From a virus (lineage: Duplodnaviria > Caudoviricetes): a DNA stretch of 64,000 bases. The stretch is taken from positions 3,713-67,712 of IMG/VR virus record IMGVR_UViG_3300028327_000004. The stretch is one strand, 5' to 3'. The number at the start of each line of letters is the position of its first letter. Within the stretch, counting starts at the first letter, position 1. Made by a program: the position numbers and the translations under genes. The notes beneath the pieces were generated by a model. That model saw only the letters and a list, made by a program, of their open reading frames with translations, did not search any database and was not told the origin of the DNA. Of the stretch, positions 37,072 through 46,200 are shown piece by piece.

Positions 37072-37434
37072 TTATTCTCCTTTCGGTTGATAAGGGCATC
37101 TAAAACGATTGTCCAAATCCGGCCGGCTTCCGAATAACCGGCATACTTCCGGCCGCACGTCATAGATCCGGCAGAGGGTTTTGCCTTCCTTGTCTTTTCC
37201 CAGGAAAGGGCAGTTTAATTCAAAGTTGTCAATCATTTTCGCCAGCTCTTCCTTGGGCCTGTTTAATTTCTTGGCCATACTCCTGGGGAGATAACATCTC
37301 TGTTCTGCTATAGTTCCTTTAACCAGGCTTATACCCATATTTTTGGCAAGGCGCCAAACTGCCTTATATTCCGCTTTGGTAAACCATATCGGGCCGCAAC
37401 ATTGGCCGCAGCGCTTACAGTTAAACTCAGCCAT
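37072..37434 (-). CDS. YkgJ-family CxxCxxCC metal-binding protein
   Basis: CKRCGQCC, CPFL, CRIYDVRPEVCRLF. Confidence 0.82.
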   Translation of the reverse strand: MAEFNCKRCGQCCGPIWFTKAEYKAVWRLAKNMGISLVKGTIAEQRCYLPRSMAKKLNRPKEELAKMIDNFELNCPFLGKDKEGKTLCRIYDVRPEVCRLFGSRPDLDNRFRCPYQPKGE

Positions 37435-37810
37435 TTCGTACCTCGTAATTCCATAGCCCCAACGCGCCGCGCGTTTCTATTGCCACATCTAGCGGCCGCG
37501 GATCTCTCATCCGCCAATGGAATAGCCCAGGCTCATCCCATTCCGTTTTTATTTCCCTGTCGATACCATAAAGTTCTACCGACCCGATTATCTTTCCGGA
37601 TTGATTTTTCCAATATTCATGACGCTCTTTTCCATCCGTTCGAATGTAAGTCCAGAAATACGGATTGTCTTCAAGTTGTTTTGAAACGTGAATATAAAGG
37701 CGTCCCCTGTAAAATGTTTCCCATGTCCGATTCTCTGTTGTTTTGAATGATCCCTCACAGCCGAATATGATCCAGTCTGCCCAGGGGTTTTTAACTGTTA
37801 GAACTTTCAT
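37427..37810 (-). CDS. ASCH domain protein
   Basis: LTVKNPWADWI..G..KTTENRTW..YRGRLYIH. Confidence 0.88.
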   Translation of the reverse strand: MKVLTVKNPWADWIIFGCEGSFKTTENRTWETFYRGRLYIHVSKQLEDNPYFWTYIRTDGKERHEYWKNQSGKIIGSVELYGIDREIKTEWDEPGLFHWRMRDPRPLDVAIETRGALGLWNYEVRNG

Positions 37811-38243
37811 TTTCCTTCCTCCAATCCAGATATTCAATGACAATCACCTCCGCAACAGCATTATCTATCGCACCTTTGCGTACTGCTTTTAGTTCAGCTT
37901 CTGAATACGCTTTTACTTTCTCTTTAAGCCTGTTATAACTGAAAGCTTCAAAATACAGTTTGCAATCCTTGTCTATTTCTGAAAAAATCCTGTACCGGCT
38001 ACCACTGATGCAATTTTCGTCAGGCGGTCTTTTGAAAACCATGTCGCTTTCATCATGGGTGATTTCAATTTTCTGGCAGTCCCTGGGATAAATAAAAGCG
38101 GAAACAGTTGTACAGTTTTTATCCATCGCATGTACACGCCAGCCGCTATCTGTACCTGTCTCACTCTCGTCCCATTCCCAACTAATATGAGCATTGGGAT
38201 ACTCCTCGATTTCTCCGTTGGTTTTAATTACTTTTACTGTCAT
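37791..38243 (-). CDS. Hypothetical protein
   Basis: Coupled ORF in operon. Confidence 0.55.
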   Translation of the reverse strand: MTVKVIKTNGEIEEYPNAHISWEWDESETGTDSGWRVHAMDKNCTTVSAFIYPRDCQKIEITHDESDMVFKRPPDENCISGSRYRIFSEIDKDCKLYFEAFSYNRLKEKVKAYSEAELKAVRKGAIDNAVAEVIVIEYLDWRKENESSNS

Positions 38244-38757
38244 TTTTCTCTCCTTCTATGTTGAATTTTGAAAAAGGCTGGTACTTCAAATAAAGCGGAT
38301 GCCGCGGATTTTTACTTCTGGTTAATTCTCCCATTTTTACCCAGTCAATTTTTCTATACATTTTAATAAGCTTCAAAACACTGTCGCGACATTCAATAAG
38401 CCACGGCCTTTTATTTATTAAGTCTCCCCACGCCGCCCAAACAGTAGACCCGTTTTTAATTACATGAAGAATAGCGTCCATATTTATATTATGTTCTTTC
38501 CAGTCAGGAACTTTTGGCAGGTCATCAGGGTTTGTAGCCCGTAACGGGTAGATATTCAGCATTACAAATGAATCAAATCCTGCTTTTTTTGCAGTATGGC
38601 TTACTCGCGTTATTGTAGGATCGTATTGTTCCGGCGTTGCCGTGCTGGGATTTACTCCAATACAATAAAGTGTTTTCTCTCCTTTGGTCCCTAGGGCATA
38701 TCGATATTTATTATCTGCAGATTTCAGGTATATTGTATTTTCAAACAAATCAGACAT
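38224..38757 (-). CDS. DUF1643-family protein
   Basis: YRYALG, IGVNPSTA..DPT, NIYPLRATNP, PRHPLY. Confidence 0.88.
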   Translation of the reverse strand: MSDLFENTIYLKSADNKYRYALGTKGEKTLYCIGVNPSTATPEQYDPTITRVSHTAKKAGFDSFVMLNIYPLRATNPDDLPKVPDWKEHNINMDAILHVIKNGSTVWAAWGDLINKRPWLIECRDSVLKLIKMYRKIDWVKMGELTRSKNPRHPLYLKYQPFSKFNIEGEKNDSKSN

Positions 38758-38769
38758 AATATTCCCCTT

Positions 38770-39132
38770 TCAATATATTTCCCATTCGCCGTTAATCATC
38801 CGCGGAACCCAAGCGCTGATCTTTCGCTCCGATTTTGGTTCTACTTTCTGTTCCTCTCCTGGCTTTTTCAATTCGTTGCAAAATATACCGCCATTTATTA
38901 TTCTTATGCCCGGCTTCCCGGCCGGATTTGTAAATATCTCATAAGAATAATTTTCTTTTTCCAAACAATTTTCTTTTATTTTGAAGCTGTCTGGGATGAT
39001 GTATTCTGCCTTTTCGGAAGTAAAGCCAGTATCGAAAAGCGTTTGCGGCTCGTATTCGGAAAGTCCCCATAAATCTTTATAGATTTTTTCCCCTGCTGTT
39101 TGGGTGTTTTTATAAAGCGTTACTATGCCCAT
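38770..39132 (-). CDS. Hypothetical protein
   Basis: ORF in operon. Confidence 0.55.
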   Translation of the reverse strand: MGIVTLYKNTQTAGEKIYKDLWGLSEYEPQTLFDTGFTSEKAEYIIPDSFKIKENCLEKENYSYEIFTNPAGKPGIRIINGGIFCNELKKPGEEQKVEPKSERKISAWVPRMINGEWEIY

Positions 39133-39135
39133 AAT

Positions 39136-39480
39136 TCAATCCTCTTTATAATCCCGGCATGGCCCCTGTCCGCAATCACAGCCAGCCGCATCGCATTGAT
39201 CCGGGTACCATGTGCAAGATAAAAACGGCTTTTCCTTTTTTCTCTTTGCCTGTTTGAAGGGATACCGATCAAATTCATCATCAGGTATCATCACTCTTTT
39301 TGGTTTCGGCTCAATTCGTTTGTAATCACAACCTTTCAGGCAATCTTTATTCGTTCCTGCGTGTTCGCAGGTGAGACAATGCCAACTACAAGTGCCGAAT
39401 TCGTTTTTAACTGAATGGCAATATGGGCAGGGTTTAGGCGATTGTTCGCTTATTTCCTTATCAGGAATCGTATCTGACAT
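39136..39480 (-). CDS. Cys-rich hypothetical protein
   Basis: Multiple CxxC motifs. Confidence 0.55.
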   Translation of the reverse strand: MSDTIPDKEISEQSPKPCPYCHSVKNEFGTCSWHCLTCEHAGTNKDCLKGCDYKRIEPKPKRVMIPDDEFDRYPFKQAKRKKEKPFLSCTWYPDQCDAAGCDCGQGPCRDYKED

Positions 39481-39610
39481 TTTTATTTTCTCCTTTTACT
39501 TTGTGGTTAACACACACACTAAACAGCCAATGCCCAAACCTAATGTAAGGCAGGCAAGGCCTAAATGTACTAATTCGTAAATTGAAACTTCAATCACAAT
39601 TCCCCTCCCG

Positions 39611-40069
39611 TTAATCCATGTATCCCGCGCCGTAGCTCATCCCGCAGGTGCTTTTCCATTCTGTGCCGTCAGGTTCTGTTAGCCATAAATCAATCATGTT
39701 GCCTTCGTACTGTTCAGCGCTGAATTTGAATCCGTCAATTTCGCCCTCATAATCATTCTCATATTCATTTTTTCGGATCGCAATAAATTGATCCATGTCA
39801 ATTTGCTCTGCCTTCCCATCACGGAAACGCCACAATTCCGGCCAGTTCTTATAACCGCATAACCGTATTTCTTTATCGCCTAAAACAGCATGATGCGAAC
39901 GGGCGGATAAATCGGTGTTTTGGTTTTCCATGTTTTTTAAGATGTTGGCGAAAATCCGGCCGCCTGCCGGCAGGCTTGCCTCGTCAGTATCAAACACGCC
40001 CACATCCTCTTTGTCTTTCCTACGTTCTCCGTTACAGAAAACAAACGCGCCCCAGTTACTGTAAGCCAT
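39611..40069 (-). CDS. Hypothetical phage protein
   Basis: GGAGG RBS; ORF in operon. Confidence 0.65.
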   Translation of the reverse strand: MAYSNWGAFVFCNGERRKDKEDVGVFDTDEASLPAGGRIFANILKNMENQNTDLSARSHHAVLGDKEIRLCGYKNWPELWRFRDGKAEQIDMDQFIAIRKNEYENDYEGEIDGFKFSAEQYEGNMIDLWLTEPDGTEWKSTCGMSYGAGYMD

Positions 40070-40070
40070 T

Positions 40071-40439
40071 TTATTCCTCCTCTAATTTGTTAATAAGCCG
40101 TTCGGCATCCGCAAATACCCGCGTACCTTCGCTGTCAACTGGATTTTGATCATCCCAAACGTGCGAATAATCATCACCAAATTCTTGAAATTTTAATTTT
40201 CCGTCACGGTCATAACTTCCAAAGTAATAGGTTAATCCATGATTCCATTCCCACGGTGTTTCAGGATAATGTCCGTTTTTTGCCGCAAGATACTTTCCAA
40301 ATTCAGGGTGTCCAGGATATAAATACAGATATTTATTCCAATGGATTCTTTCACATCTTTCCCATTTGTGGACCTCTACCACAAATTTCTTTTCAACATT
40401 CGTATAACGCCAAATTTCTTTTTTTTCACCCCATTCCAT
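40071..40439 (-). CDS. Hypothetical phage protein
   Basis: ORF in operon. Confidence 0.6.
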   Translation of the reverse strand: MEWGEKKEIWRYTNVEKKFVVEVHKWERCERIHWNKYLYLYPGHPEFGKYLAAKNGHYPETPWEWNHGLTYYFGSYDRDGKLKFQEFGDDYSHVWDDQNPVDSEGTRVFADAERLINKLEEE

Positions 40440-40497
40440 TTTCTATACCCCCTTAAATATTTCTACAAAGCAACGCTTTGTTTTTCACTAATAAAAA

Positions 40498-41502
40498 TCA
40501 TTTTTCTACCCTCTGCCAGTTTCTGGTTAATGCGTATTCATATAAATCGCGCCTAGCGGCCGCTATGGAATTTCTTGGTTTTATTTTGGCCTTTAACAGC
40601 CGTAATCCGTATTTTGATTCCCTCATGGCAACCCACTTTTTCTTGCCTTCAATTTTTACAACCTGAATTCGCATTCCGTTGTTATCAAGAAAAACCATCG
40701 TCCTTTTAACCCTCTTAAATGATTCTCTTTTACGGTCCCCTATTGCGACTTTAAGCTGCGCCAGCGTACAGTTTGCCCTTGTTCTTTCCCTGTCTTTTGT
40801 AAAATAATTCAAATGGCACATTACGGCGTGAACCTGCCTTGATACCATCATCAAGTTATTAAGCGTGATATTCTTTTTATTGCCGTCAAGGAATATTACG
40901 CAATGCCCCCTGGGTACTTTGCCGTGTTCTTTTTCCCAAAGAATAATGTGTTTTGCCTTCCATCTTCTTTGTACCGGCATGGCGGTATCGGTAATTTTAA
41001 TATCAACGTATCCGTCCGCGTTTACGCGTTCAGTACCAACCGGCATATAGTCCCAGGGGACATCCCCTTTCTTAAACCAGCCTTTCTCGCATCCAGGATA
41101 GTACACCCCCTTTATGCCTTTATTATGCGGAACATGGCCTTTTGGAAAATATCCTGTAAATCCGGTTTGTATGCCAACCCTTTTGCAGAGGCTTGCCAAT
41201 TGTCTGGCAGTAATTGTAAATCCGAAACGCTTGTTAAAGATTTTTACGGTTTCCGAATAATGCCTGCCCGGCACGTTCTTTTTGAGAAACCTGATATGTT
41301 TCTCATAGTATTTTTTATTCCAGTCGGAACCTGGTTTATAACCGCTTTTTAATCCGAATCTTTGCGCGTAAGTTTTCAAAGCTGCCGGGGTGACGCGCAT
41401 CCGGAACCGCTTATTAAACAGCTTTGTTGTCTCCAGAATATGGCGCCCTTTATAAATACTTTTGAGATACTTCAAATGTTTCGCGGTATATATGGGCCTC
41501 AT
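40498..41502 (-). CDS. HNH-family endonuclease with duplicated N-terminal domain
   Basis: ERVNADGY, HIILWEKEHG.VP, DGNKKN..NL; two Y..KH..L...FNKRF repeats. Confidence 0.8.
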   Translation of the reverse strand: MRPIYTAKHLKYLKSIYKGRHILETTKLFNKRFRMRVTPAALKTYAQRFGLKSGYKPGSDWNKKYYEKHIRFLKKNVPGRHYSETVKIFNKRFGFTITARQLASLCKRVGIQTGFTGYFPKGHVPHNKGIKGVYYPGCEKGWFKKGDVPWDYMPVGTERVNADGYVDIKITDTAMPVQRRWKAKHIILWEKEHGKVPRGHCVIFLDGNKKNITLNNLMMVSRQVHAVMCHLNYFTKDRERTRANCTLAQLKVAIGDRKRESFKRVKRTMVFLDNNGMRIQVVKIEGKKKWVAMRESKYGLRLLKAKIKPRNSIAAARRDLYEYALTRNWQRVEK

Positions 41503-41759
41503 CTTTTGGCAATTCTCCCCGGCGGTAATAACTTGGGCTTTTCAAACTGCTCCGGCAAATCAATATCCGGGTATTCCTCGCTTATGCGTATTGCGTCCAG
41601 TACAAGCCTGCCGTTGTTAATTAACTGGCTGGCCAGTTTGTTCATCGCGTCAGCGCGCTTGATTTCCTGCGTTAATTTTTCGCCCTCAAGATCATCGTCG
41701 CCAAGCTTTTCAAGCTGGGCAAAAAGCAGGTTGTGCATATCGATTGCTTTGTTTTTCAT
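41499..41759 (-). CDS. Small conserved phage protein coupled to the HNH gene
   Basis: LFAQLEKLGDDDL..EIKRA. Confidence 0.7.
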   Translation of the reverse strand: MKNKAIDMHNLLFAQLEKLGDDDLEGEKLTQEIKRADAMNKLASQLINNGRLVLDAIRISEEYPDIDLPEQFEKPKLLPPGRIAKR

Positions 41760-41803
41760 TTTCCCTCTCCTTAAAAATTATTTTTACCGGAAACTCCGGC
41801 AAA

Positions 41804-42583
41804 TTACGAATTAAAAAAAGCCTCCCTGATTTTTCTCCGATAATCGCTGCTGTTGAATTTCATAATGATCCCGTCCTCGATGATCCGGGAAATAATGTCG
41901 CTTTCAAGGTGATATTCAAGGCAGTACGGGCACGGCTTTTTCTTTTCCGTGCAGTCTTTTTGCGTGTGACAGTTTGCGATTAAGATTACAGGGAGCATCC
42001 TGTTATATCGTTTGCCGATTACATGGGACATCCAGTTCTGTTTTGATTCGGTATCCTTTATTTTTTCAATCTCATCGATGACCAGCATGGGGACCGTACA
42101 TAGTTCCTCAAAAACTTCATGTTCTTTCGTTTCGCCGTTGTAACTTTGCCGCAGGTTTACACCTATCTCGAAAGCCGTATATATAACCCCACCCATTTTT
42201 TTTAGGACGCTTACGGCAAGATGGGTTTTTCCGTTCCCGTTCTTGCCCAGCATGACAAGTTTCCCATCCGGGTTTTCCGCAAAGGCACGGCATGTTTTTA
42301 AGTGTTCTCTTAATTCATCGTTATATGCGTCAAAATTATCAAAGGTTGATTCATAATACTTTTTGTCAATGTTCATAGATTGGAATCTATGAATTATCCT
42401 TTGCCTTTCCTGTTCCTCTTTTTTCCGCTGTTCCTCAGCTTCAATTTCTTTTCCGCACTGGGGACATGGCGGATCCACTACCTTCTTTCTTCCGGAAAGA
42501 TTTATTATTATCGGCTCTCCGGAATACTCCCCGTGTTTCGGGCATTGTACGGTTATAATTTCTTTTTCGTTTGTATCGCTCAT
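41804..42583 (-). CDS. DnaC/IstB-like helicase loader ATPase
   Basis: CPKHG Zn motif, Walker A GKNGNGKT, Walker B LVIDE. Confidence 0.9.
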   Translation of the reverse strand: MSDTNEKEIITVQCPKHGEYSGEPIIINLSGRKKVVDPPCPQCGKEIEAEEQRKKEEQERQRIIHRFQSMNIDKKYYESTFDNFDAYNDELREHLKTCRAFAENPDGKLVMLGKNGNGKTHLAVSVLKKMGGVIYTAFEIGVNLRQSYNGETKEHEVFEELCTVPMLVIDEIEKIKDTESKQNWMSHVIGKRYNRMLPVILIANCHTQKDCTEKKKPCPYCLEYHLESDIISRIIEDGIIMKFNSSDYRRKIREAFFNS

Positions 42584-42590
42584 TTTTTCC

Positions 42591-43499
42591 TCACTCCAAA
42601 GTTAATTTTTCCCGTTGGGATGATCCCGCGGGGACGGCGTTTATAAGCCTGTTTAATACCCATGCCGTCAGCATCGTACTCAGGGAATATCCCCCCTTCA
42701 TAACATCGTTGTCATTCATGCCGGCGTTAAGGGCTTGGATTATTTGTTCCGGTTTCAATTTCTTAAAATGATTTTTAAGCAGTTTCCGGGTCTGCCCCCA
42801 GGTTACTACCGGTTCTGTAGTTTGCACCCTGCCATGGGAATAAAGCGTATCCCAGTTTTGAAGGTAGGCCTTTTCAACACGTTCCATGTCATTAACAGGA
42901 TCACGTTCGCGTAATGGGGGCTTTTTATGATTACCATTGGGCGGTTCGTCAGAACCGCTAGATTCTTCTTTACTCTTCTTTACTTTACTTTTCTTTACTT
43001 TACTTTGGGGCTTATCGACACCGTAAACTACAGCAGAATCATCTCCTGCGGGATTTCCGTCTACCTTTACCGAGTTTCCGTCACCGAAAACTGGGTTTTT
43101 AACCCCCCTTTCAAAAATCGCCCTTATTTCGCCGATGGTAATTACCTTGTTATTCCGCTTTTCATAAGCCGGCTCCAGCGATTTCAAAAACGCTTCGCTT
43201 GCGATTACTTTGTGCTTTTCCCATAAGTCTTTATCAAGCTTTCCCGTTTTAACCATGATCTCAATAATATCCATCGTTTTCTTTTCATCCGTCGTTTTTA
43301 TTCTTGACAGAAAAACCATTTTTTCAGTTTCTTCCCTTATGCAGTAGTAATGGTTTGGAGTCGTTGAAAGAAAACGTAATATGTTTGTAAAATACCCCGT
43401 CCCTTCCGGACCATATTTGAGTTCCAAAAAGTCCAGGGTTTTTCCGCTTTTGACAAAAAAGGGGAAATAGTCTACATCATGCCGTTCCGGTCTTCCCAT
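42591..43499 (-). CDS. Replication initiator (DUF4373-like N-terminus)
   Basis: VDYFPF, KYGPEGTGYF, Lys-rich QSKVKKSKVK linker; upstream of DnaC-like gene. Confidence 0.85.
   Translation of the reverse strand: MGRPERHDVDYFPFFVKSGKTLDFLELKYGPEGTGYFTNILRFLSTTPNHYYCIREETEKMVFLSRIKTTDEKKTMDIIEIMVKTGKLDKDLWEKHKVIASEAFLKSLEPAYEKRNNKVITIGEIRAIFERGVKNPVFGDGNSVKVDGNPAGDDSAVVYGVDKPQSKVKKSKVKKSKEESSGSDEPPNGNHKKPPLRERDPVNDMERVEKAYLQNWDTLYSHGRVQTTEPVVTWGQTRKLLKNHFKKLKPEQIIQALNAGMNDNDVMKGGYSLSTMLTAWVLNRLINAVPAGSSQREKLTLE
42962..43095. repeat. Short repeats inside the initiator gene (possible origin)
   Basis: Tandem CTTTA units and two TTTCCGTC copies; lambdoid origins lie inside the initiator gene. Confidence 0.3.
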
Positions 43500-43513
43500 T
43501 ATATTCCCCTCCA

Positions 43514-43729
43514 CTAATTTTTAGCCTTTGGCCTGATGGTCCGTGACTTGCCCGACTGGCGGATTAGGTATTCCTTTCTTATAAGGGCCCAAACATGGTC
43601 ATACGCCCCCTTTGCCGACATCTCGAAATGATCCGCAATCTCCCTTATCGATGGCGAATAATCGTTTTTGTCTATAAAGTTTTCAATGAACAAAAGTATC
43701 TGCGCCTGGCGGTCCGTTATTTGTCTCAT
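43514..43729 (-). CDS. LexA DNA-binding domain-only protein
   Basis: TDRQAQIL.FI..F..K..YSPSIREIA..F; no peptidase domain. Confidence 0.85.
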   Translation of the reverse strand: MRQITDRQAQILLFIENFIDKNDYSPSIREIADHFEMSAKGAYDHVWALIRKEYLIRQSGKSRTIRPKAKN

Positions 43730-44091
43730 TTGTCGCTCCTTTGTTCCTTCAAATAATTAAGTCTGCCCTGGGCATTAAGTTCTTTGATTATTGGTTCGAG
43801 AAGATCCATGTTGCCGGCAAGTATCCGCAGGCGCGCGGTTTTGTTATTCGCTTCGGCGCGGTTTACCCTTTCCCGGTAGGAATCCAAAATGAACTTTGGC
43901 AGATACTTCGGTTCGTCAAAATACGGCAGCCCCCGGGCGTATTCGTCTGCTGGAATGCGGATTTTGACCTCGATAAAACGGCCTGTGGAGCGTGTTTTTT
44001 TATTTTCCCCTGTAGAATTACGTTTTTTAGCGTCCAGCCTCATGGAAGTACCTACAGGTAGCTTCCTGGGCTTATTCTTAAGCGTTGCCAT
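43726..44091 (-). CDS. Hypothetical protein
   Basis: ATGA-coupled ORF. Confidence 0.6.
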   Translation of the reverse strand: MATLKNKPRKLPVGTSMRLDAKKRNSTGENKKTRSTGRFIEVKIRIPADEYARGLPYFDEPKYLPKFILDSYRERVNRAEANNKTARLRILAGNMDLLEPIIKELNAQGRLNYLKEQRSDK

Positions 44092-45007
44092 ACTGTAAAT
44101 TCCCCCCTTCCCATGGAAATTCTCTTATTAGCGGTTCACCCCATATTGGAGCAAGGCTGTCCTTCATATAAACCGGGGTTTCATAGTATCGACACTGTTC
44201 AACGATGCTGCCAATCCATTCTCTTTTTGGGATTATTTTATTCTTGCTATTGCCGCTTTCTGCCCCAATGACAACCCATGACCAACGCGCCCGCCCCTGG
44301 CAGTCTTCCCACAATGTTTTTCCGTCACCAATATCATCAAGCAGGGGTTCAATCGAGAGCCATTCGGCGCTGGTATCATAAGCCTTAAACAGACTTTCAT
44401 TATTCGTTACCGATGTGCCTAAAAATAATTCGGGGAAAGGTTCGTCATCTTCGCGGTATATCGTCAGTATGCGGTGTTTTTCCCCGTCACATTCTTTGCA
44501 TTTTTTACACCCCTCAAGAGTTTGGCCATCACAGTTTATGTAGTTGTACCGTTTGGGATTCTTCGTCAAGAATAAATACCGATGTTGCGGCGCGGCTTTG
44601 CAAGCGTCGAGTACCAACTGAATCCATGTATCGGGAACCCAATCCCCGAACAGATCGCACATGCTACCCACAAATATATTTTGTGGTTTCTTTTTATATA
44701 ACGGCTCATTAAGACGATAGCGATGGAAAGTTGGAGAAAACCCAAAAGGAAAAGAAGCTGTTATTAGTTTTTCATTGTTGCTTGAATTGTCTTTTGTTTT
44801 TATCCTTAATCGGTTTTTAATATCATGTATCCCGCGAAAGTCATATACATTATGCCCCCCAAAAGAATCAATCGGTTCAATCCCTTTAACATGACGCCCC
44901 CCAAACCGCTTCGCATATTTTTCTGCATAACAATAGGGGCAGCCATGTAAACAACCAGTTACAGGGTTCCATGTCATGGTACACCATTCAATATTAGTCA
45001 CATTCAT
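44078..45007 (-). CDS. DUF5131 (Gp37/Gp68, radical-SAM-like) protein
   Basis: TWNPVTGCLHGCPYCYA (CxxxCxxC), IFVGSMCDLF, LTKNP, SIEPLL, WVVIGAESG. Confidence 0.9.
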   Translation of the reverse strand: MNVTNIEWCTMTWNPVTGCLHGCPYCYAEKYAKRFGGRHVKGIEPIDSFGGHNVYDFRGIHDIKNRLRIKTKDNSSNNEKLITASFPFGFSPTFHRYRLNEPLYKKKPQNIFVGSMCDLFGDWVPDTWIQLVLDACKAAPQHRYLFLTKNPKRYNYINCDGQTLEGCKKCKECDGEKHRILTIYREDDEPFPELFLGTSVTNNESLFKAYDTSAEWLSIEPLLDDIGDGKTLWEDCQGRARWSWVVIGAESGNSKNKIIPKREWIGSIVEQCRYYETPVYMKDSLAPIWGEPLIREFPWEGGNLQYGNA

Positions 45008-45422
45008 TTTGTTTCTCCTCCGCCCTCATTTCTTGATTAGCCATGGCTAAAATGCTGTCATAATCCGCTTGCGATAAATAAAGCCTTGCCGCGGCCAGAA
45101 AGTAGTCGCTGAATTTCTTGTCGCTTTTATAGTGTTTCCGGATTAAGTAATTTATATAGGCGGCCACGCGCTGGTTAATTGACATGGCATTCCTATGGCG
45201 TATAGTCCAGTTTGTTGACGTCCTTTTGCCGCTGTTGGCATAGTCCATTCTCTTTTCCGCAATGGCCGCGGCCAGACCGCTAATTTTTTTGTTTATCAGC
45301 ATTTTCAATGTAGTAAGATCATCAAGCGACATCGCCTGTAAATCTTCATCCGTATATTCTTTGTCCTCTATGACAAAGACTTCCTGGTCGAATGCGTCTT
45401 TTAATGTCATTCCGGCCTCCAT
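44994..45422 (-). CDS. Hypothetical protein
   Basis: ORF in operon. Confidence 0.6.
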   Translation of the reverse strand: MEAGMTLKDAFDQEVFVIEDKEYTDEDLQAMSLDDLTTLKMLINKKISGLAAAIAEKRMDYANSGKRTSTNWTIRHRNAMSINQRVAAYINYLIRKHYKSDKKFSDYFLAAARLYLSQADYDSILAMANQEMRAEEKQNECD

Positions 45423-45712
45423 GCCTGTACCGCTTTTACTATTTTTTGCGCGGCGTTTTTTCTTTTTCTTGGAGTATCGGCGTTAAGCCATCCCCAATAC
45501 AAACTGTCTCCGCAAAAACACGGGGAAGGCTTATTCAAAGGGCAGTCCGTATAACAATCACGCAGAACATGACACAAGGGACATTTGTATAGCAACATAT
45601 TTATTTTAGAAAACAATTGCGGCGGTAAATTCGCTTTGCTATCTATTTCCGGATGTTCCGCCAGATACCGCCAAACCTCAAGCGTTAATTCTTTTGCTTC
45701 TTGTTTTTTCAT
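45407..45712 (-). CDS. Cys-rich hypothetical protein
   Basis: CPLC..C..CP motifs. Confidence 0.6.
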   Translation of the reverse strand: MKKQEAKELTLEVWRYLAEHPEIDSKANLPPQLFSKINMLLYKCPLCHVLRDCYTDCPLNKPSPCFCGDSLYWGWLNADTPRKRKNAAQKIVKAVQAWRPE

Positions 45713-45837
45713 TCTTTACACCCCTAAATCCCTTAAAATTAGGATAATTATTATTGCGACAACGCCCCCTGCCATAGCGGCGCTCCAGCCAAACCAAAAT
45801 CCTTCCAGCCATTCGTTCTTACTGCTTTTCATTTTCT

Positions 45838-46200
45838 TTAGTCCTCCGGCTTCCAGCCAACAGGCGGCGGTACTGGCGAATCAGCGATAACAATAAGAAT
45901 ATTATTTACTGTTGACTGACGTTTTGCGTAACTATAACTTTGTGTTCGCCATTTCTTATTCCCTCCTGCATACTTCCACCATACAGGCGCATTGTGAGGA
46001 TACGCTTTCCCAGTACGCTTCTCATACTGCGCCGGGGTTTCATAGTCAGGGATAATACTCATAATTTCGGGCGGCGCATCTGCGAAAATACCGTCTCCGC
46101 ATAGACGACATTCAACATTGCCATTTTCATCCTTCTGCGCTTTATCGCCTTCTGTCAGCAACCTAATTTCAGCGTTGCATTTTTTACAGTAGTATTTCAC
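45838..46200 (-). CDS. Zn-ribbon hypothetical protein
   Basis: CKKC...CRLC. Confidence 0.6.
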   Translation of the reverse strand: MKYYCKKCNAEIRLLTEGDKAQKDENGNVECRLCGDGIFADAPPEIMSIIPDYETPAQYEKRTGKAYPHNAPVWWKYAGGNKKWRTQSYSYAKRQSTVNNILIVIADSPVPPPVGWKPED

